Assembly (NCBI GenBank): GCA_001643675.2
Contig: LSRY02000012.1
Span: 186,001-250,000 of the forward strand
Direction of reading: 5' to 3'
Source: Monocercomonoides exilis PA203
Taxonomy: Eukaryota; Protista; Preaxostyla
Length of the DNA: 64,000 nucleotides
Under the pieces are notes generated by a model. That model was not told the DNA's origin. It was given only the letters and a program-made list of their open reading frames with translations, and searched no databases. The translations under genes and the position numbers were made by a program. Numbering within the stretch: position 1 is the stretch's first letter; the number at the start of each line of letters is the position of its first letter. Of the stretch, positions 22,717-35,700 are shown one piece after another.

Positions 22717-25700
22717 AACGCCGCACAAGTGGAAAAAAAATATCAATTGTTATAAATTGAAGTTTTAGATATATATTATATACTGGATCAAAATGATTTT
22801 TTCAAAAAAGTTTAACAAAAATCAGGGATAATTCACATTTGGATAACAAAATTTTCCAAAAATTTTTATAAAGTTAAAAATTGGTCAATCCCACCCATAC
22901 CACTTTTTCTTCTTCTTCTTCTTCTTTTTTTCTTTATTTTTTTATTTTTCATTCTAAAAATAAAAGATTATATCTCAATACTTCTTTGGAGCATCTGATG
23001 CTCGCTTCTTTCCTTTGCATTGCACTCTCAAATATCTTTCAAAACTTCTCAGTAACTCGTCTTTCAACATTTTTCCCCCTTTTCCTCTTCTGCCCAACCG
23101 TTTGAATATCCATTCTTTTTAATCTATTTCGGATTGAAGCAATAATTTGTTTTTCTTTGTTGTTACGATTATTACCAAAATAAAATCCAAACTGAAACAT
23201 TTAAACTCCACTTCTGTGAAACTTAAAGAAATTATCTATCAATCAACCAATTTACTGTAATGGTGACTTTTCGCATGCAATAATCCATCCAAAGCATTTT
23301 GACATTGAATAAAGAATACAATAAAAATCAATTTTTCAATGCATCAACTTGTTTTCTTCTTATGAACGATTCTTCTCCACAAATATCATACTGAAAAACA
23401 ATCACAAAAGAAGAAAAAGAAGATGGATGGATTTGTTACTCATTTGATTTTCATTTATTTGTCTATTTAACATTTGAAGAGGAAAATAGATTCATTGATG
23501 CCAAAGAGGAAGACAAAAGAGGAATAAAATAAGAAGATTCAATGAAAGATATATTGAAATAGAGTTGAACTGCTTGTTTGGTCGATGCAGGGAAGCATAA
23601 CTGTTCGGCAGCTCAACTGAATCAAACAGCTCAAAAAACCGTTTAGAGATCAAAAAGCCAGTTGAAGCAGAAGCAAATTTGGCAAATAAGTCGCAGGAGG
23701 GGAAAAGCAACATGAAGAAACAGATATCGATGGGAATGATGAATGTGCACTGGAACAAGGAGAAATCGGGGTGCTGAGATAGTACGAGGAACATGAAGCA
23801 AATCAATGTTGAGATCCCTTTTGAGGAGTAGCAGATATGCCATTGACTCTTCCAGATAGGCTATCCAGAAGATATTCCTTTTCAGTTAGATTGCTTTCTC
23901 TGGGTATACAGAAAAAAAATAACTCACACAAGGCAATAAACCTTTCTCCTATCTTCGATTAAGAGTTAGTGTCTATAAGCATCCGCGACATAAGAGGATT
24001 ATGAACATGTCTAAAAGTTCATTTCTGCCTATTTGAAGAAGCGAGTCTACCACTGCCTGGAATATAGAAAGAGTCGAGAAAAGGCTTTTCGCAACTTACA
24101 GAAAATTGAGCAAGTTGAGTTGGAAAAGCTCCTCTTTCTCCTCCTCTCCTTTGCTGTCTGTCTAATTCTTTTCAAACGGATGAATGCTATTTGCCCTTCT
24201 TGCAGAGCGATTCATCGCTTGTGAATCCACAGTTGCGTATCTATTTGTTTTTCACTTCCACTTTTCCTCCTTTTCCTGAACAACCACCTCCTAAAATTCA
24301 TGAATCTCTATTTTCTGTTGTTTTCTCTTTCTCATGCTCTCATCGCCTCCACCTTCTTCTCATCTTCGTACTTCCTTAGACGCTTCCCAGAGGTCATAAA
24401 ACTGTTATTCACAAAGTCGTTGTCAATTTTCGACAGAAAAAATTATTCCGTCAGCAGAAACTGTAACCAGGAGAGATGGATTTCTAAAATGGGACATAAT
24501 TTTTTGCTTTATATATTTTGCTCCACTCTTTTTTTTCTTCTGTTTTTCTCATTTTTCTCATTTTTCTTCATTATCATTCATGTGAATGTGAGACTGATAA
24601 TAATACGATAACAGAAAAAGTTTGGAACATATCATTGTAATTTTCATAAATGATAATATTTCGCCCCAAATGTGAAACAAGTGATATCTCCCTTGTGCCT
24701 GCCATTGGCGATTGTGAAGAGAAAGTGTGCTTTGAAACTTGAGGAAAAATACACATTCAACGGTGAGATGCTTGGGCAGAAAGAGGAGAAGGAGGAGATA
24801 CAAGCTGTAAAACAACACACTGCATTCTACCCATTCCAAAAAGGCAAAGGAGCCCATCCACTCTTTCTCCTTTTATTTATCCATCAGGAGCCGTGCGTAC
24901 AGCCTTTGAACCCTCTTTACTCTTCCTTCGAGATCTGCTGCACCGATATCTAGCCTGACATGACGTTTGCGGATGGTACAAACTCCTCCACTAAGTTAAA
25001 CGAAACGTTAATGAGCGACTCAAAGGTCGATTCGAGTGGCAGATGGTATTCTTCACAGTAGTGCACCTTGCGTTGCCTACCAATAATGATAATCAGCAGC
25101 ATGTTCGATGAACTGATCGTGTTCGCTGCGTGCTGCACGTCATATGCTGAGTGGTGTAGATGATACACCTTTCAAAAGACAGCCACTGTGCAGAAGCTGG
25201 CGATGAACCTTCTCTCGCTCAAATTTAAATAAGAACAGGTTGAAAGGAGATATGAGGGAGAGTGAAGTGGAAGGCCATTTGCCCTGCTGCCATCTTCCTC
25301 GCAGTCACCATGCAGTGAGCATCAATTGTGTTTGATCAGTCAAAGAAGGAGCAGTGGATGAAAGAGGCAACAGATGCTCTGTTACGCCGGGCACATCTAT
25401 CGGAGATATTGTGTTTCACCGCACAAACAGCCATTCATAACTCCCTGCAGTTTTATTCCTCTTTAAAATGTTCTTCTTCACTCCACCTAACTCTTAACCA
25501 TCTCCTTTTCATCTTCATTTTCGCAGTCTGACTCTTTCTATTGCTCTTTTTTTTCCTTTCTCTTTAACTTAAGACTCGCTTCATCTTCTTCTTTCTCTTT
25601 TCTCCTTATCAAAGCGTTTGAAAAGTGTCATTGAAACTATTATATTATTATGGAATGGTTTTCTTTTTTCATATCATCAAATGCCACACACATTATGATA

Positions 25701-25879
25701 TGAAAACAGAATAAGTTTGGAATAAACCGTGCCTTTTTTTTCCAAAATGAAAAAAATAGCCTAATATGGTCACATTTTTTATAAGATAAATTTCTTGGGA
25801 ACAAAGAAATGATATTGAGTTATAATACCATTTTTTCTATTTTTTCTTTTAAGTTCAAATGAAAATTAAAATATCATCA

Positions 25880-28800
25880 CTAAAAAGACTCATCATCTGG
25901 AGCAGCCAGCTTCAGATCACTGACATAATCATGAGCATTACCAACAGATCCCGTATATCCAAGTCTCATCTGTTTTGCAGTGAAGCTGACAGACTTTGTT
26001 TCAATTAGCAGACGATTGAGGCGGTCAAGATGCCTTTGGGTGTAAGGAATCAAAGCCTCAACTGCGTCTTTTGCTTTTGGTGTGCTCAGTATTTGCTCAG
26101 GCGTAAATGAAAGGAGAATTGAGTTGAGAAATGCCTGCGAAACAGTTGCAAAGCGAGTATTTGTGTTCCATTCAGATATCCACTGCAAGCATATCCCCAA
26201 GCCTCGATCATTTAACTCAGACACCAGCCTCTGAAGCTGTTCCTTTCCTAAAAAAAAAAAATAAAAACAGAAACAAAATTTATAAACAATTTTTTTCTGT
26301 AAAAAAAATTTCTAAATAAACAAATAAAACATGCCATTTTCCTTTGAAATAATCGCTTGGACAACAGTATGCATTTTCCCTGGCAATCCTAATTCTATCG
26401 CCAGCTTGAAAGCATTGTCCAAGCGACCTTCCATAATCTCATGTGCAAGCAGCTCCTGCTTCTTCTTCTCTTCTTCATCCCTTCGCTTTTCATCTGCATT
26501 TTTCTCATCCGTCACATCGATCCACGCCATCAGACTTCCATCTGCTGCTCCACTGACAATGCAATCGCCATTACCCCATATCGACATTGACCACACTCTG
26601 TCTCCGTGCCCTTCATTTTCATTCACTTCGTTGTTATCTGCTGCTTCTTCTTCTGCTGTTGACGAGCTTGCAGATGAAGAGGATGAATTGCTCTGCTCCA
26701 ATCCGTCTTGCTCTGATTGCTCAGATTTATCCTCATCCATTTCGAATGCTTGACTTTTTAGTTTTGAAAGGGCATTCAAAACGGACATTCGCTTTTTGCC
26801 TGTAAAATCCTTTTTATTATCCAGCACTTTCAGACACTCGCCAGTCACAAGTGACCACAGCCTGACTGATCCGTCAGCACCGCTCGAAGCAATCTGCACT
26901 GAATGTGTCACTGCAGGCGCAGATGCAACAGTAGCCGCTTCGATTTGTGTTGCATCTTCTTCATCTTTGATCGATTTGCCTTCATCGCCTGTGCTTTTCA
27001 GAGCTATTGGTGCGATGGAGGGAGTCGGATGAAAGAACTCCACATGAAGTGCAGCACCAACATGGCCTTCAAACACACGAAGGCAGCTTCCGTTGTGGAC
27101 ATCCCAGATGCGAATCGTAGAGTCACCTGACGACGACGCCACAATCGCATCGGTTGGCGAGAAAGTGACACAGAACACACCTCGTCGGTGTCCGATCAGT
27201 GTGATATGAGGCGAAATGAAACGCTGAATTGAAGACGAAGACGACGAAGAAGAAAGAAGAGATGAAGATAATGCTGATGAAACTCCTCCCATCCCAAAAA
27301 GCATGATCGATGCAGCGTTTGATGCATCGTCTGAACGTGCCATCGAAGTCTTATCAAAAGCTGATTCAGATTCGCTCTTCTTCTTTTCTCTTAAAATTGC
27401 AGCCATTTTCTGGTCTGAGCAGTTCTTCCACAGTTTCAGCGTTTTGTCTTCAGAGCCGGTTGCAATCATGGAGTTATTCGGCGACACAGCAAGTGAAGTG
27501 ACTTCTTGTGAGTGTGCAAGGACAGATTGTTGGCACTCCATTGCAATTGGAAGAGCAAGCGGCTCTTCTTCCTTCTGGTCAGAGCGAGACTTCTTCTTTG
27601 ACATTTTCGTTCCATTTTCTTTCTTCAGGAACGTTTCAAGATACAATTCAAAAGATTTACTCAGATTCCATCTCTTCATTGTTTTGTCTTCGCTAACACT
27701 TACAATGAATCCGGGAATCTTCAATGTGAAGTGAGATTTCTCCAGCTCTTCAGATGGTTGTGAAGCAAGTGAGGAATTCACATCTTCTTCCATTTTCCCC
27801 CTTTCCAAAGCATCATACACTTTTTCGCACTTTGCTCGATTGTATGTCATTTTGGTGTATTTCTGGGCAAAAGAGCAAGCAGTGACAGAGGCCGAATGCC
27901 CTCTTCCAACAGCAATGCAAATCCATTCGTCTTTCTTGTCTGTATGCTCAATTGCTTCGACAGTCTGACTTTGCAGCTCATTCATTCCACAGCTCATCCT
28001 GAGCATGTCCGCGTTCAGCCACACGCGCACAGTCCTGTCCTTTGAGGCAGAAGCAACAAGCATCCCATTGCAGGCGACATCCACTCCCATGATCACTCCT
28101 TCGTGTCCGATCAATGGCACAAACGTTAACGTCGGAAGATGAAGGAGCCTAATTTCATTCACATTTGAAGCAAGTGCTACAGTCGATGGGCGCTTCTCTC
28201 CGTATTTTGGTGGGAGCCATTTCATGTCTATCAGTTCGCCCAAGTTTGCTGATCGATAAGAAGACGTCTCGAGCGAGGGAAGTGAGACAGTAAAGATTGT
28301 TTGCTCTGTTGTCACAACAACAGCTGAAGGTGATTGCTTAGCTTTGGCATGTGAAGTGGGAATTACGCTTAAAAGTGATGTTGGAAGAAATGGACTCATC
28401 GGTTCCAACGTCTGCGGAGCTAAAATGTGAAGACCCGCATCGCGCGTTCCACAAAGAATAAAAGATGAATTTGATGACGATGAAGATGGTGAAATGGAAG
28501 AAGCGAATTGAGCAAAAAAATGAATTGTCTCAATTTCATGCAAAAAGGGTTTAACTTTTAGCAGTTTTCCAGTCGTTAAAGACCAAACGCACAACGTTCC
28601 ATCACGGCTTCCCGAAAGAAGTCTCATATTCTCAAATATTGTATTACTTTCTCCCTTTTTCTTTTTATTTGATTCCACATTTGGAACAACGTCAATAAAT
28701 TCACATGCAGTAGCAGGTGAAGTATGACCTTCAAACCTGAACAAAGTTTTATTTTCTTGCATTCCATGCACACATACAGTTCGATCCAAAGACGCAGAAC

Positions 28801-29399
28801 ATAGGTAGTACAATGATGGGTTAGGACAAAAAGACACAAAATTAACAACATCAGAATGCGTTCTGAAGCTGTGGGTGCATACAGATCTGCATATCTCCCA
28901 CACTCTGATAGAACAGTCTGCAGAGGCTGTTGCCATAAAAACAGAAGTTGGATGGAACGCCACTTTCATCACTAATTGGTTATGGGGTTTCCAAACTTTA
29001 ATACATTCTCCTGTTTTCACATCGAAAATTCTGCAATTTGTATCCACTGAACAAGCAACCAAAATTGTTCGACCGGTTGCTCGAGGAAAACCTTTTGAAT
29101 CTCTTTCAACTTCATGAGTGGCAGCTATCGTTGTAATTAATGAATTCTTCGAAATACTTTTATTTAATGAAATTAAAAATATATGTTCAAACTGTTTCAA
29201 CAGATCTATATTTCTTTCCACTTTCCAAATCAAGAAAATACACTTTTGTTTCATGTGCAAGAAATAGCGTCTGATCACAAAGGCAAACAGGGCCATTATC
29301 ATAATAAGGCGCTTCATTCAATATGCAGTTATAGTACATTCGCAGCCGACGGTCTGTATTTGGGGCAGATGCATCAATATTTGAAGAATCTTGCTCCAT
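25880..29399 (-). CDS. UTP13: U3 snoRNP/SSU processome WD40 protein UTP13/TBL3. Exons 29399-29193, 29146-26335, 26247-25880
   Basis: Many WD40 repeats (GHEGVIMGVDV...SASKDRTVRVW; AHSQEVTSLAVSPNNSMIATGSEDKTLKLW; GHRRGVFCVTFSPTD...SSGDSTIRIW), plus the Utp13 C-terminal signature WNTNTR...SQAFL...EALIPYTQRHLDRLNRL. Confidence 0.9.
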
Positions 29400-29720
29400 C
29401 TGAAATAACCTTAAATTGTGGTTAGATCAATTTAATTTCGAAAACCTATTCATTTGTTTTTATGATAAAAGATTAATTTTTGAATAAGTCACAAGATTGT
29501 TTTAAATAATAAAAATATTTGTATTTTTTTTTTTAAATAACGCAAAATCAACTATTTTAAGCCAAAAAATGTTCTCCTCGTCAATATTACTAAAACTCTA
29601 ATGAAACTAGTAAATAAAATGTGATTTTATTGTTACGAACTGAGTTAAAAAGAATGTTGGACCATTATAATGTTCTCGAATTTTTTATTCATTGTTTATT
29701 GACCCTTGAACAGTTAGGCA
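29400..29720. promoter_or_regulatory. Short divergent intergenic region (putative bidirectional promoter)
   Basis: 321 bp of AT-rich sequence between the UTP13 ATG (minus) and the predicted ATG at 29721 (plus). Confidence 0.45.
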
Positions 29721-32700
29721 ATGACTGAACTGGATGATTTTTTATTTCCCAACGAAGTGGACACGTTTTTGCCAAAAATAGAAAGGCAGCAGGATATAGT
29801 GAACGAAGCTTACACTTCATTTACTTCTGTATGCATGAACACTTTTTTACACATGCTTCATTTATTGTATTTTGTTATTTCAGCTTGAAAATGCACTATT
29901 ATCAGCATCAGAGAACGAGGTTTACAATTTCTTTTCTTTTTATTTTTTATAAATTTTTGTTTAAAATTGTCAATAATTTTCTTTAAATACGGTAAATTGG
30001 TTTTCATTGCGAAATTTTCATATGTCAAAATAACAGAACATCCATAACAATCCAAATGAAATTTCAGGGCTCCTGCAATTATCGGAAAAAATTCGAAGTT
30101 TTGAAATTTCTCTTTTAATTTTTAGAAGTTTTTTTATGGAAAAATTTTTTTTTTACAAATTAAATGAAAATTTTAGCCATTTTGCCTAAATTAGTTAGTG
30201 CAGCAAACAGAAATGAAGAAGACCAACAACACGCACATTTTCAAACTGCAACTTTTACAGATTCAGCATATCCGTATCTGCAAGATTCAAGCGATTCTCC
30301 ACCTCTTCTTGGATTATTTCCATCCACGACTCCACATTCATATGATTATTCAGGTCATTATAGCAGTGGATTATCTTCGTTGGGATCTTCTATTACTCCA
30401 TCTTTATTTCGAGACGAAGAAACATTTGGATATAGCACGAATAGTCTAACCCCAGAAATGAATCGGACTTTTGATTCGGATTCACTCCATCAATTGGATG
30501 AAACAAGCACGTTGAGCACTTCTGCATACAGCCCGTCTGGGATCCCAATCCTTTCGCAGAATTCTCCATCTCACCTCACACCATCATATCGCTATTCATC
30601 ATTTCAGCATTCATACAACGAATTGCTATCGCCGTCTGTTTCGCTCTCATCGTCTCTGACAATCACACCGCCTCATTCGCCTCTTGCATCTTCGCTGGCT
30701 CCTCTGCTCGATGGAGCAATGAGCCAAGTGCTGCCTCGCCCGCCCTCTGCCTCATCTTCCTTCACTTCAGTCACTCAAACCCCGTCTCTTTCTCCTTCTG
30801 CCTCTCAGACGCCTTCTCCTTCCCCGACACCTTCACTTTCTCTTTCGCCTTCTTCATTTCACTCGTCAGCGAGTCGCCCGTCAAACATTTCCCGTTCGGC
30901 ATCTCGCTCTTCTATCTCTTCAGACAGCTCGTCTTGTTCAACTTGCACATCTTCTTCCTCTTCTTCCTCCTACTCTTCCTCTTTTTCCTCTTTGTCTTCT
31001 TCTTCCAATTCACACTTCAGCCGCTCATCTTATTCATCTCGTTCGCATTCATATTCCTCCTCTTCGTCTTATTCTCCTTCTTCACATTCACATTCTCCTT
31101 CTTCAGATCGGTGCGACCTTTCATCATCATCATCCTCCTCCTCCTCCTCCTCTTCTTCTTCTTCTTATTCATCGTCATTATCATCATTATCCTCCTTTTC
31201 CTCTTCATTATCTTCCTCTTCTCTTCCTTCTCCTTCTCCTTCTCCTTTGTCCAACACTGTGTCCTCTGTCATGCACCACCTGAATTCCCTGTCAAAGTCC
31301 CCCTCTCGCCAAAGAAAGCGTCGCAGCCGTCTTCATTCACACAGACACAAACACATTCATCATCTTCATAATAATAATCATCTTCATAATCATCATCATC
31401 ATAGCCATAGCCCCTGTTTAGTCTCTCCCTCCTCCTCTCCTCCTCTTCCTTCTCTTTCTCCTCCTCCTCTTCCTCCTCCTCTCAGAGCGGGCGGGCCGTT
31501 CAAACGAACCAAAAACGACCGGCGGAGCATCCACGCCAGCGACAACGAGAGAGACGAAAAATGGCTGGCAGCAAGAGACTCTCCCCTCTTTTCTGACTCG
31601 CTTTCAGACCAAAACGAGCAGGCTGTGTCATCTCCACACTCAGACAGACACAGAACGAATGGGAAGACTGTGCCCACCTCATCCACGTCAGTATTCACCA
31701 GCAATTCACCTTTCACTACACCCTCTCGAAAAACATCATCATCTTCATCATCATCATCATATTCTTCTTCTTCTTCTTCTTCTTCATCATCTTTCACTTC
31801 ATCTGCCACTTCTCCTTCATTCGACCGATCTTCACCATCACCCTTCGGTTTCTCTCCTTCCTCCCCCAAAAGAGCCCTCGATGATTCTTTAACAGAAAAT
31901 CAGCCTTTTCCTTCTTCTTCTTCTTCTTCTTCTTCTTCTTCTTCGGCTGGTCTGCGCACACGAAACAGACCCCGCAACCGCTCGCGCTACAAACACGATT
32001 CGCGGTGGAGCGATATGGATGCCTCAACCACACCGCCCAACACATCCGAAGAGGAAGAAGAGGAAGAAGAGGACGAAGATGAAGACGACGAATGTGCTCA
32101 GAAGAACGACCGTTCATTCAGAGGGAGTGTCCACATGAGGCAGAAGAGCAAGCGCCACTCTGCACAGCCTGCCGACGAGACAGCTGCCAACACACAGTCT
32201 TACACACACAACACACCTGCTACAGCTGGCAGTCACACACAACATCAACAGCATCAACAGCATCAGAATCAGCATCAGAACCAGATCCAGAACCAGAACC
32301 AACAAGGAATGCACTTCACACCAGAATTCATCGCGTTTCTGAAGCAGCTCGGAACGAACGGCCACATCACGCCTGTCAAGCTGGCTGCGTCAGGGATCAT
32401 GTCCCGCCACATCAGCTGCTTCGGGGACACCTTCGAAGTGCTCAAGGGAATTCAAGTGGCCATGCCGTTCTCTCTCTCTGTGCTTGCTTCTGCCCACTTC
32501 CCTTCTGTCCGCACGCTCGCCGTCCCGCGCCCCATCATGGCAGCATTCATCGACCTCCTCCCGACCTCCTTCCTCAGCGGCTTCTCGGCCTCGTCTCCAG
32601 TCATCTTCTCTTCCATCCCGCTTTCCTACTTCATTCAGCACTTTCCTTTCGCCTTGCTCAGCCGGAAGGAGCACAGCAAAGCACCCAGAAGCGACTTCAA

Positions 32701-35700
32701 GAAAAGAGGGCAGAGGAGAAGGAGAGGGGTTACGGCCAATGGCAACGGCGCATTTCGAGAGAGAGGCACACGAAGCGGAGGCAGAAGACACACAGCACAC
32801 GACAGATCAACCAGCCCTGATGGAACGAATGAGAACGACGATGCTGCCAATGCTACTGCTACTGCCACTGTCAATAACAATAATAATAACACAACTACAA
32901 CTACAGCCACAGCTACAGGAGTTGCTTCCTCTTCTTCTTCTTCCTCTTCCTCTGCCTTTTCATCTGCTTCTGTATCAGCAACGCAGGCGAACGGCGAGCT
33001 TGTGATGAATAGCGAGGCAGAGGAAGTGCTGGAGCGGTGGGTGATGGAGGAGAAGCTGCGGCAGTTCCGGTCGGCGCTGCTGTTTGCGCACCCTTCGCCT
33101 TTTGTCATCACCGCCGTCTCGCCCCGCTCAGATGCAGCGCCTGTGACATGCAGAGAGATCGGGCCAGAGACGCCCATCACACGCGGCTGGCGCTGCTTCT
33201 TCACAGACGTCGAAAGATGCAGAGTGCGTGTGAAGAAGCAGTTTCTCGAGTGTAAAGCACCACAGAGGGTGGGAAGGACAGGAGTGAAGGAGGAGAAAGA
33301 GGAGAAAGAGGAAGCGCTGCTTGCAAAGGAGAAGGGGGCAGCAGAAGAAGGAGGCAGAAAAGGGAATGGCGAAGCAGATGAGAACCAGGCGAGGCTGATG
33401 CAGATGAAGAGCATCATTCAGAGGAGGTGGAAGAAAGGTGTGGTGTATCGGGAAGAGGAGCTGAGCATGTTGGATTGTTTGGGAGTTGAAAGAGACGACT
33501 GTGAGGAAGAAGTAGAGGCAGTTGTGCAGAACTTGGAGCAGCAGCTGGGTGTTGGAGAACAACAACAGCAGCAGCAACAACAACAACAACAGAATGCGAT
33601 ATCTCCACTCGGAATGGGATGTATTGGAGAGCAGACATCGATGGCAAATGGTGCAGAAGTTGTGATGGATGATAGCAATGGAATGATCAAAGAGGAAGGC
33701 AATGCTGCATTTGCTGGCTCTGAGCAGGAGAAAAGCATCACCCCAGAAATGAAATCAGAAGAAAACAGCATATTTTTAAAGCAAAAAGAAGCAGAAGCAG
33801 AAGAAGCAGAAGAAGAAGAGAAAGATCTTGTCACATCGACAGCCCCAGTGACACCATCGCTGACTGAAACTCCTCCGTCTGCATCGAAGTCAGCGTTGCC
33901 TGGTGCATTTGGGAGAGGGCGGATCATCCGGCCGTATTCGTCTCTGCTGACAGAGGCGCAGCTGAAGCAGCTGTGGCAGCTTTCGCTGGATGAGCCGGTG
34001 GATGTGGAAGAAGATGGATCGTTTGCCATCCTGGTGGAGCGGACGTATCTGGTGATGATATCAACAGCGGTGAAGACGAAGAAGAAGAAGGAGAAGGAGA
34101 AGAAGGGCAAACAGACTGCCATCGCTTCGCTTTATCCGAACTTGCCTCATCTTCAGTCTGTCGCTGCTCTGTCACCTGGAAGCGTCGGCTCTGTGTTTTC
34201 TTTGAATCTCCACTCGCCTATTCAACCTGCTGCTAGTTCTTCTTCTCTTTCATCATCATCTTCTTCTTTCTCTCTTTCTTCTTCTTCTTCTTCTTCTTCT
34301 TCTTCTTCTTCTTCTTCAGATGCTTCTGATAAATTGTCATCACTTTCATCTTCTTCGGCATTTGCTGACTTGCAAAAAGAACAGTCAGAACAATCAAACA
34401 GTCCATCGCCAAATGCATCTTCACCAGACGAGCTGACACCAGCATCAACATCTCCAGCATCTGCTTCTCTTTCTCCTCTTCCTTCCTCTTCTGCTCCTGA
34501 AGCTTCTATCCCTTCTTCTTCGTCATCATCATCATCTTCTTCTTCCTCTGGTATTTCTGACAACAATGCTGACACATCCACATCTCCAGACACCGTCTCT
34601 TCCAATTCTGATCAAAATCCCCTTTCCTCTCTCATCAGCTCTTCCTCCTCTTCCTCTTCCTCTTCTTCCTCTTCTTCCTCTTCCTCTTCCACCAAACTCT
34701 CTCATCTTTCTCCTTCTCTTTCCCGCCCTTCTGTCCTGCCGCGTGGTCCAGCTGCCCAGATGATCGGAGGAATTGTGCAGACAGGCAATCTTCTAATGCC
34801 CCTGCTGGCAAACGCATCTTTGGCACATCAGACTCACCGTCTGGTCGTCAGCACCTCTCAACAGTCATCACACTTATTGTCTGTCATTGCATCTTCCTCC
34901 GCTTCTGCTGCTGCTGCTGCTGCCTCTGCCTCTGCCTCTGCTTCTTCTTCTGCTTCTTCTCCATCCTCTTCCTCCTCTCCTTCCTCCTCCTTATCTCCCT
35001 CTGCCCTCCAGCCTCAGCCTCACCTTCCTTTCACCAATCCTCTTCTGGCTGCGTCAAAACGGGGCAGGTTTTTGCTCGGCACCGACAGCAGAGAGAAAGA
35101 CAGCGACGACACAAACACCCAGCGCGAGGTGGCGTTTGGGGAAGAAGGCGAAATGGAGTTGGAAGGCGAAGAAGGAGACGGCGACAGCGAAGATCCAGCG
35201 GGGCAGGGCTCGACAGGGCGGGTGACGCTGTTCAAGATCACAATCGGGGCGATTGAGCATTTCACGTCGATGCTCCTGGGCGAGTTCATGACGTGGCTGG
35301 AGACGGAGTCGCCGTATGCTGAGCAGCTGAAGAAGCAAAAGATGAGCAGAATTAGCAGCTTCAACAGAGATCTGGCTGAAAGGGACTTGTTGAATGAACC
35401 GCTGGACAGCAAGCAGCAAGGATTGTTCCCTTCTTCTCAAATGAGCTCTGCTCGGGTCAAATCAAAGAGCCCTGAATCAACTACTTCTTCTCCATCTCCT
35501 TTCTCTCTAACATCCTCCTCTTCCTCCTCTTCCTCATCCAATTCAAGCACAGCATCAACACCAAAGCTGTCTGACCCCCCCTCCGCCTCCTCTTCCTCAT
35601 CTGACAGCAACAAGTCATCTGAGCAGTCATGTGTGATGCTTCCATCAAATGTTCCACTCTCATTCCAAACGCCGCTCATGTTCCATCGCATCAAAAATCC

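Noticed and set aside
24950-25168. YHLHHSAYDVQHA resembling the phosphodiesterase YHNxxHAxDV motif
   Set aside because: The match is weak, the other PDE motifs are absent, and the ORF is only 72 aa.
14650-25550. Possible stop-codon reassignment suggested by in-frame stops in coding-like islands
   Set aside because: Conserved genes in the window have long stop-free frames and end in TAA, TAG or TGA, so the standard code with local decay is the simpler explanation.
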